NCBI GenBank assembly: GCA_051532055.1 | Contig: JAOPTX010000007.1 | Coordinates: forward strand, 160,001 to 224,000 | Origin: Fibrobacterales bacterium | GTDB taxonomy: Bacteria > Fibrobacterota > Fibrobacteria > Fibrobacterales > JAOPTW01 | Direction: 5' to 3' | DNA length: 64,000 bases | Part shown: piece after piece, positions 56,223 through 64,000 of the stretch | Position numbering within the stretch: position 1 is the first letter of the stretch | How the letters are laid out: each line of letters starts with the position of its first letter | Position numbers and translations under genes: made by a program | The notes under the pieces: model-generated | What the model was told of the DNA's origin: nothing | The model's database searches: none | Seen by the model: the letters and a program-made list of their open reading frames with translations, nothing else

Positions 56223-56405
56223 ATAAAAAATTGAGAATACAAAATTTTACTTAAATAGAAAAAGTGAAATTTTCAAATAGCATTTCCAACAAATATTTCA
56301 ATCTTTAGACAAGATATCGCCCAAGTAAGCAAAGCGATAAAAACCGAGCTATTCTCGGAAGTATGCTGAAAATCAGACAAAGAATTATATCTGAATTCAC
56401 TCATG

Positions 56406-56510
56406 CCTCGAAGGATAAGAGGGAATTCAGATGAGGCGTTTTGTTTGAATGCGTACACTAGTACGTCGAAGGCAAAAGAACGAAATATGAATCGCTCTTA
56501 TCCTTCGAGG
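56406..56510. repeat. Palindromic element 2 (overlaps the thiH 3' end)
   Basis: Perfect 16-bp inverted repeat CCTCGAAGGATAAGAG (56406-56421) / CTCTTATCCTTCGAGG (56495-56510); core GCGTAC-ACTA-GTACGT. Confidence 0.75.
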
Positions 56511-57622
56511 GCGATGTCCCAGTCCTTCCAAACTACATCATACCCTTGCGATTTGATAACACTCTCTATCTCAGCAGGAGTCCGCTCATCAGAAATAGAG
56601 AACTGTTCAACTGCCTCCTCATCAAGAGCATAGCCACCTGGATCTGTTTTAGAACCCGCACTAACTGTGGTAACACCAAGCTTAAAGGTATTATCTCTAA
56701 AGAAGGGCTTTTCTCGTGTAGACATTGAGAGTTCTACATCTTCATTAAAGATCCGATAGGCACAAAGGAGCTGGAGAAATTGCCGATCATCAAGCTGTGA
56801 TGCAGGAGATTGCAATCCTTCCGCTGGCCTCAATCTCGGAAACGAAAGCGAGTAACGGGTTCGCCAATATGTTTTCTCTAAGTAATCTAAATGAAGTGCA
56901 GTAAAAAACGAGTCAGTACGCCAATCTTTTTCGAGCCCAAGAAGTGCACCAATACCGATTTTTCTCACATGGGCACGCCCCAATCTATCAGGCGTATCAA
57001 GACGATACTCAAAATCTGTCTTTTTTCCCTTAAGATGATAGAGTGAATAATTTTCTTTATGATAAGTTTCTTGATAGACCATTACCGCACTGACACCTAG
57101 TGCAATCAACTGTTCATACTCGCCCTGATCCATGGGTTGTACTTCAATTGATATATGTGAAAAGTACGGACGAATCAAACGAATCACATCTTTAAAGTAA
57201 TCAACGCCTACTTTCTTTTTTGACTCACCGGTAACCAAAAGAACATGGTCGAAACCAAGGCTTTTAATGACTGAAACCTCTTGCATAATTTGATCATGAT
57301 TCAAAGTCAGTCTATCCAATTTGTTATTACTACTAAAACCACAGTACGAACAGGCATTACTACACTCATTTGAGAGATAAAGGGGAATATACATCTGTAT
57401 GGTTTTCCCAAAGCGCTTTTGCGTCAATTTATTACTCAGTTGAGCCATCTGTTCAAGATACGGTGCTGCAGCTGGCGAAATAAGAGCCATAAAATCTTCA
57501 AGTGTTCCACGACCTGCACGAGACAACGCCCCTCGTACATCTGCGTCACTTTTTGATTCAATTTTTTCTGTTACTGCATCCCAATCATACTGTGCATGGG
57601 TCTCTATAAATGATCTATTCAT
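56498..57622 (-). CDS. thiH: 2-iminoacetate synthase (radical SAM)
   Basis: PLYLSNECSNACSYCGF (CxxxCxxC), YQETY, SFPRLRP, STRE, SAGSKT.PGGY, EQF.ISD.R, VWKDWD. Confidence 0.95.
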   Translation of the reverse strand: MNRSFIETHAQYDWDAVTEKIESKSDADVRGALSRAGRGTLEDFMALISPAAAPYLEQMAQLSNKLTQKRFGKTIQMYIPLYLSNECSNACSYCGFSSNNKLDRLTLNHDQIMQEVSVIKSLGFDHVLLVTGESKKKVGVDYFKDVIRLIRPYFSHISIEVQPMDQGEYEQLIALGVSAVMVYQETYHKENYSLYHLKGKKTDFEYRLDTPDRLGRAHVRKIGIGALLGLEKDWRTDSFFTALHLDYLEKTYWRTRYSLSFPRLRPAEGLQSPASQLDDRQFLQLLCAYRIFNEDVELSMSTREKPFFRDNTFKLGVTTVSAGSKTDPGGYALDEEAVEQFSISDERTPAEIESVIKSQGYDVVWKDWDIALEG

Positions 57623-57656
57623 GTTCTCTCTCTAGCGATTTTAGTAGTGACAATTC

Positions 57657-58436
57657 TTAACCTAAAAAACCTGTTAACGATTCCATTGGGCTGGTAGCAT
57701 GGGCGACATCTTGAACTTCACCAAGACCAGCTTCATAGGCAGTACGCCCTGCTTCAATTGCCAAAGCAAAAGCGCGGCCCATCTTAACAGGGTCGCTCGC
57801 AACAGCTATAGCGGTATTAACCAAACATGCATCTGCACCCATCTCCATCGCCTCTGCAGCATGAGAAGGGGCACCAATTCCTGCGTCCACAATAACGGGT
57901 ACTCTACTCTGTTCTATAATAATTTTCAAAAATTCTTTTGATGCAAGGCCTTTATTAGTACCAATAGGTGCACCGAGGGGCATTACTGCTTGAGCCCCCA
58001 CCTCTTCGAGTCGTTTTGCAAGGACAGGGTCGGCATGCATATAGGGAAGTACAATAAACCCCTCTTTTACCAATTGCTCTGTCGCAATAAGGGTCTCTAC
58101 CGGATCGGGCATGAGGTATTTAGGATCAGGATGTATTTCAAGTTTAATCCAGTTAGTCTCAAGAGCTTCTCTTGCAAGCTTCGCTGAGAAAAGTGCCTCT
58201 TTCGCATTCCTGACCCCTGATGTATTAGGGAGAAGGTTGAATTGAGGATGCTTGATTAAATGTTCCAAGATCGGGTCTTTTTTACCTTGTACATCAACGC
58301 GTTTTAGGGCAACGGTAACGAGCTCCGACCCACTTGCTAATAGGGCTTCTTCCATGTTCTCTGCACTACTAAACTTACCAGTTCCGGTAAAAAGCCTTGA
58401 TTGTAATGTCTTATTTCCAATATATAATGGTTCCAT
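57657..58436 (-). CDS. thiG: Thiazole synthase
   Basis: [48 protein letters not shown] 58436 after GGAGG. Confidence 0.95.
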   Translation of the reverse strand: MEPLYIGNKTLQSRLFTGTGKFSSAENMEEALLASGSELVTVALKRVDVQGKKDPILEHLIKHPQFNLLPNTSGVRNAKEALFSAKLAREALETNWIKLEIHPDPKYLMPDPVETLIATEQLVKEGFIVLPYMHADPVLAKRLEEVGAQAVMPLGAPIGTNKGLASKEFLKIIIEQSRVPVIVDAGIGAPSHAAEAMEMGADACLVNTAIAVASDPVKMGRAFALAIEAGRTAYEAGLGEVQDVAHATSPMESLTGFLG

Positions 58437-58505
58437 TGTATAACCTCCGGTTACTTGAACATTTAAAAAATTAAGGGTCGAGCAATTGCACATCCCTCAC
58501 ATATT

Positions 58506-59126
58506 TTATTGATCAACCTTCTTAATAATTTCTTTCATAATTCCCACTCTATCTTCTGCGGTATTGACTACTGAACAGAGTGCAAATCCATAAGCGCCTG
58601 TTGCCAATACATCAGAAATGTCATCAGGAACAATTCCGCCAATAGCTATAACCGGTATTTCCGGTAGTGCCCAAGCAATTTCTTTGACACCTTCTGCACC
58701 CATCACTGGGGCAAGGTTCTCTTTTGTTGTCGTAAATTTATAAGGGCCAATACCCAAATAATCAATATCAAATTCAGCCATCGCTTTAGCATCTGCTAAA
58801 GAATTTGCTGTTGCCCCAATAATTGCATGAGGCCCAAGCTCATTTCGAGCAAGGTCGGGGCGCATATCGTTTTTACCAATATGCACTCCATCAGCACCTA
58901 TCTCTTTTGCGAGAGGGACATTATCATTGATTATAAAGGTTGCACCGTATTTTTTACAGACCACCTGAACTGCCAAAGCTGTTTCAGTCTGTTCTGACTC
59001 AGGTACTTTTTTCATACGGATCTGTACCCAAGTTGCCCCACCTTTACACGCCTCTTCTGCTAGAGCTGCATGGGTCATGCCAACTATTCCGTCTTGAGTT
59101 AGGTAGTGTACTTTTGCTATTTCCAT
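58506..59126 (-). CDS. thiE: Thiamine-phosphate synthase
   Basis: WVQIRMK, FIIND, ADGVHIG..D, IIGATAN, DYLGIGP..FT.TK, AIGGI. Confidence 0.92.
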   Translation of the reverse strand: MEIAKVHYLTQDGIVGMTHAALAEEACKGGATWVQIRMKKVPESEQTETALAVQVVCKKYGATFIINDNVPLAKEIGADGVHIGKNDMRPDLARNELGPHAIIGATANSLADAKAMAEFDIDYLGIGPYKFTTTKENLAPVMGAEGVKEIAWALPEIPVIAIGGIVPDDISDVLATGAYGFALCSVVNTAEDRVGIMKEIIKKVDQ

Positions 59127-59875
59127 TTATGATACCCCAACATACTTTCATTTGAAGCAAGGAGTTCTTCAACATACTCCTTGGCCATTTTACATGCATC
59201 ATTTAATTCTGCGCCCAGTGCAAGATGTGCCAATACTGCTGAAGAGTAGACACACCCCGAACCATGTTTCGGACTCAGCTTTTCGCCACTGCCAGAAATT
59301 TGATATATCTGCTCTAACCGAATCAATCGGTCACAATAATTATCACTTTCTATATGCCCCCCTTTCAGGAGAACATTCGTGTGTTTACTTAACTCTTTGG
59401 CATACCCAAGGGCATCACTCCCTGCAATATGTTCCATCTCAGTCCAATTTGGAGTAATAGCATACAGGGATTTGCAAGTGGACTCTAAAGCCCCTTTATG
59501 AAAAGCAGAATGTATTTCAAAACCAGCACTCGCTTTAATTATCGGATCCCAAATGATATGCACTCGTGGATTTTTTTCGTACAAGTGGTCAATTATGAGA
59601 TTCAATACTTCAATATTTTGTACTAACCCAATTTTTACATACTCAAAAGCGAAGTCCAACACATCTATTTGACGCTTAATTTCTTTTGAACTATACCAAG
59701 TCAAATCGTTAAACTCAGTATCGTTTTGATAGGTCATTGCAGTCACCACAGAAAAGCCATAGACACCATGTGCTTCATAGGTTTTTATATCAGCAAGTGC
59801 ACCTGCGCCGCTAGAGGGGTCAAAACCCGCAATGGAAAGTACTTTAGGTCGATGTAAACCATTATATCGAGCCAC
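59117..59875 (-). CDS. thiD: Hydroxymethylpyrimidine/phosphomethylpyrimidine kinase
   Basis: VLSIAGFDPSSGAG..ADIKT, VKIG, DPI, ITPN..E, LLKGGH, HGSGC..SS; GTG start 59875 after GGAGG. Confidence 0.92.
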   Translation of the reverse strand: MARYNGLHRPKVLSIAGFDPSSGAGALADIKTYEAHGVYGFSVVTAMTYQNDTEFNDLTWYSSKEIKRQIDVLDFAFEYVKIGLVQNIEVLNLIIDHLYEKNPRVHIIWDPIIKASAGFEIHSAFHKGALESTCKSLYAITPNWTEMEHIAGSDALGYAKELSKHTNVLLKGGHIESDNYCDRLIRLEQIYQISGSGEKLSPKHGSGCVYSSAVLAHLALGAELNDACKMAKEYVEELLASNESMLGYHKWK

Positions 59876-60449
59876 TAAGTACCTCCGCTGTATCAATTAT
59901 TTTTGCCATCTCTGCTACCGGCTTTTTACTACCCCAAAGAGCGCCAAGCACTGCCGCACCTTTAAAGCCATACCCATAAACATCTTCAAGCCTTTCAACC
60001 GAAACACCACCAAGAGCATATACCTTTTTAAGATTTGGCTTACGAAGACACTCATCATTGAACTGCGCCTTATATCCCTCTTTTGATATACTATCAAAAA
60101 TGGGACTTAAGAACATATAGTCTAACTCATTACCAAATTTTTCAATCTCTATGAGACTATGACAAGAACGGCTTAACGAGCGAACTGACTTCTTTAATGC
60201 AAAATTAGTCTGCTTGCTTTTAAGATGTACCCCACCAAACAGTTCGGTAAAAGGCCAGTGCTTGAGGTCGTGTAACACCAATTTCTTACGGTACGATTTT
60301 TGAAATGACTCCAAAAAAGGTACCAACTGTTTTGGGGTCCAGTTCGGCTTTCGGATATGAAACTTATAGGCCCCAAGATCCAGCATCTCTTCAATTAAAG
60401 AGACTTCATTTTCAATTGTGGCGGGCGATGTTATTCCTATTATATTCAT
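59862..60449 (-). CDS. ThiE/TenI-like protein (second, divergent TMP-synthase-fold paralog)
   Basis: HIRKP, S.SCHS..E, DY.FLSPIFDSISK.GY, ALGGV, GAAVLG. Confidence 0.8.
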   Translation of the reverse strand: MNIIGITSPATIENEVSLIEEMLDLGAYKFHIRKPNWTPKQLVPFLESFQKSYRKKLVLHDLKHWPFTELFGGVHLKSKQTNFALKKSVRSLSRSCHSLIEIEKFGNELDYMFLSPIFDSISKEGYKAQFNDECLRKPNLKKVYALGGVSVERLEDVYGYGFKGAAVLGALWGSKKPVAEMAKIIDTAEVLSGSI

Positions 60450-60481
60450 ATGGTATTGGCGCTTTCAAAACGAAATGCTAT

Positions 60482-60524
60482 AGATCTGGTTCTTAAAGCA
60501 CAATGCACTCTAAGAGCCAGATCT
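60482..60524. other. Intergenic stem-loop after thiC
   Basis: AGATCTGGTTCTTA ... TAAGAGCCAGATCT, 13 of 14 positions complementary. Confidence 0.7.
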
Positions 60525-60533
60525 TTTCAATTA

Positions 60534-62387
<1,854 letters not shown>

Positions 62388-62407
62388 TTATGGGTTTAAA
62401 ATTCTGG

Positions 62408-62611
62408 TTATCCACCCTGTGTTGCTTGAATAAGCAATACAGAATCACTCTCATTTAACTGAGCTGTTGCCCAGTCAGAGCGGGATATAATTTCTTCGTT
62501 CACCGCAATCGCCGTACCGTTAAGTGCATCAGCTCTATGTTCTTTGAGCAGATCAAGCACTGTAGCACCATCGGCTAGAGTATACGGATTTTCATTGAGT
62601 GAGATAATCAT
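62408..62611 (-). CDS. thiS: Sulfur carrier protein
   Basis: 67 aa, AIAVN..II.R..W, C-terminal QGG. Confidence 0.93.
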   Translation of the reverse strand: MIISLNENPYTLADGATVLDLLKEHRADALNGTAIAVNEEIISRSDWATAQLNESDSVLLIQATQGG

Positions 62612-62613
62612 TG

Positions 62614-62696
62614 TCCTCCCTTCGTCTTCATTACAAGCATCAGGTTATAAGGGTCTGTTCTCAGCCATCTTGACAACGTCAGTAGGCACCCCTGGT
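62614..62696 (-). ncRNA. TPP riboswitch
   Basis: Minus strand GGGGTGC..GGCTGAGA..ACCCT..ACCTGAT..TAATG..CGAAGGGA directly before thiS. Confidence 0.92.
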
Positions 62697-62854
62697 TTTG
62701 ATGGATAAAAGATAGTCAAACCCCACTGATTTTTCACCAGCTAAGCCACTTAGACCCCTAATTTACACGTTTGTGTATCAAAACACCCTTTTTAGCCTAA
62801 AACAGTAGAATGCTAGAAATGAACACCATTTCATACTATCTTTGAGGCTTAATT

Positions 62855-62928
62855 GCTCTCGTGGCTTAGCTGGATAAAGCGTTGGCCTCCGAAGCCGAAG
62901 ACCACAGGTTCGAATCCTGTCGGGAGCA
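62855..62928 (+). tRNA. tRNA-Arg(CCG); CCA end not encoded
   Basis: Acceptor GCTCTCG/CGGGAGC, D arm GCTT/AAGC, anticodon arm TTGGC-CTCCGAA-GCCGA (CCG at 62889-62891), T arm ACAGG-TTCGAAT-CCTGT. Confidence 0.96.
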
Positions 62929-62933
62929 TTTAT

Positions 62934-62963
62934 AAAAGGTGTCCCAACGGGATGCCTTTTCTT
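62934..62963 (+). terminator. Intrinsic terminator after the tRNA
   Basis: AAAAGGTGTCCC-AAC-GGGATGCCTTTTCTT. Confidence 0.8.
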
Positions 62964-63198
62964 ATACACTCTTGTAGGAGAGAAACTGTATGATTCGATA
63001 TAACTGCGAGCTAGTGAGTAGTTATCGCACGACCCAAAGGGCGTGTCCGAAAAATATACGCTTTTTCTATTATAGTTTTGAATGAAAGAAACTGAGAACT
63101 GGCGAGCAGCTTGGGCTTAACCATAGAAACATTTTTTATTTTCAAATATTTATCCACCCTAACGAATACATTCTGACAACAAATACTTTAACTACAAC

Positions 63199-63229
63199 AA
63201 AAAAGGCCCCGGTTTTCACCAGAGCCTTT
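63199..63229 (-). terminator. Intrinsic terminator after flgM
   Basis: Minus strand AAAGGCTCTGGT-GAAA-ACCGGGGCCTTTTTT. Confidence 0.8.
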
Positions 63230-63259
63230 AAAAAAATCGAGCAATGTCCTTTTAATATC

Positions 63260-63541
63260 CTACGCAGCAACCTCTTCTAAAAATTTATTCTGGGCATAAT
63301 AACCCGCTGCAATTTTCTCTTCTACCGACTGTATCTTTCCCTCACGAATATCAGGAAGCGAATCTATTCTCTTTCTGATACTTTCAATCTCCTGATTGAG
63401 AATTGACATTTTACGTCCAGAGTCAGAAATCTCTGCTGAGTCCTGCACTTCCAACGGAGAGTTACTACTGCTCTTCCCTGCCCTCTCATCAAAATAAGAG
63501 GGCTTGTTTACAGAAGAAGCGCCTACATTTGATATATCCAT
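63260..63541 (-). CDS. flgM: Anti-sigma28 factor
   Basis: 93 aa; DSAEIS..G, LPDIRE.KI..V..KIAAGYY pattern. Confidence 0.8.
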   Translation of the reverse strand: MDISNVGASSVNKPSYFDERAGKSSSNSPLEVQDSAEISDSGRKMSILNQEIESIRKRIDSLPDIREGKIQSVEEKIAAGYYAQNKFLEEVAA

Positions 63542-63576
63542 GGTAATGAATCCTTGTTTCTCACTATTTACTTATA

Positions 63577-63604
63577 TTTTCGACAGAAAATTAGGCAAAC
63601 TTGA
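63577..63604 (-). promoter_or_regulatory. Putative sigma28 (FliA) promoter of flgM
   Basis: TCAAGTTT-N12-GTCGAAAA versus the consensus TAAAGTTT-N11-GCCGATAA. Confidence 0.45.
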
Positions 63605-63650
63605 TTGCTTAAATGAAAACCCTGTATGTTAACTACTATTTTACATTACT

Positions 63651-64000
63651 ATGAATAAATTCCTCCAAAAAGCCATCGACCTTGCCCGTGAAGCAGGAGC
63701 CCTCGCCCTTGCAAAACAGCGACATCTCACAGAGATTCACTACAAAGATCCCAAAGACATTGTCACTGATGCCGATATCGCCTGTGACCAATTGATCCGT
63801 AGGGGCCTCATTGAAGCTTTCCCCGAACATAATATTCTTACCGAAGAACATGGCCTCATTGACAATCAATCAGAGTACACTTGGGTAATCGACCCTATAG
63901 ACGGCACTGTGAACTATTCACGAGGCATGCCACTTTGGGGCATATCCATTGGACTTCTCCATAAAGGCATTCCCATTCTTGGTGTCGTAAACCATGCAGC
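63651..64000 (+). CDS. Inositol monophosphatase family protein (SuhB-like), runs off the window end
   Basis: Not in the ORF track; manual translation MNKFLQKAIDLAREAG..DIVTDAD..ILTEE..TWVIDPIDGTVNY. Confidence 0.9.
   Translation, partial: MNKFLQKAIDLAREAGALALAKQRHLTEIHYKDPKDIVTDADIACDQLIRRGLIEAFPEHNILTEEHGLIDNQSEYTWVIDPIDGTVNYSRGMPLWGISIGLLHKGIPILGVVNHA

Noticed and set aside
56403..56633. 76-aa ORF spanning palindromic element 2
   Set aside because: Overlaps thiH antisense and the repeat; no independent coding support
62778..62969. 63-aa minus-strand ORF (APDRIRTCGLRLRRPTLYP)
   Set aside because: Antisense translation of tRNA-Arg; a typical artefact
62855..63260. tRNA as an integration site for an island
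   Set aside because: No integrase and no duplicated tRNA 3' end seen in the window
63636..63869. 77-aa minus-strand ORF
   Set aside because: Shadow of the + strand inositol monophosphatase starting at 63651

Overview
An AT-rich chromosomal segment from a flagellated diderm (Gram-negative) bacterium. The gene content suggests the FCB group, possibly Fibrobacterota-like, but that is inference only. No transposase, integrase, prophage, CRISPR array or rRNA was seen. Main blocks: (i) housekeeping genes (yggS-yggT-divIVA-yggU, hemH, lnt, rsmI, ubiD-family, pyrF, galE, asnS, RluA-family, hemA, tRNA-Arg(CCG), flgM, a partial inositol monophosphatase); (ii) a corrinoid salvage/uptake island, with cobT-cobU-cobS-cobC-cobQ-cobO-btuFCD facing a cobalamin-riboswitch-controlled btuB plus a BtuG-like lipoprotein; (iii) a TPP-riboswitch thiamine operon thiS-thiC-thiE-like-thiD-thiE-thiG-thiH; (iv) a large two-component neighbourhood. 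The last has five sensor-less REC-kinase hybrids (one a His-to-Gln pseudokinase), two membrane kinases and a single-domain regulator. It also contains the best candidate for an undescribed system: an operon of two half-size PBP-like proteins, three paralogous porin-like barrels with variable middles, and a HAMP histidine kinase, which looks like a trans-envelope sensing module. Other notable items are a plant/protozoan-type UDP-sugar pyrophosphorylase and two ~105-115 bp palindromic elements with a shared GCGTAC-N4/5-GTAC core that overlap gene stop codons. All calls come from motif recognition by eye; no database search was run.
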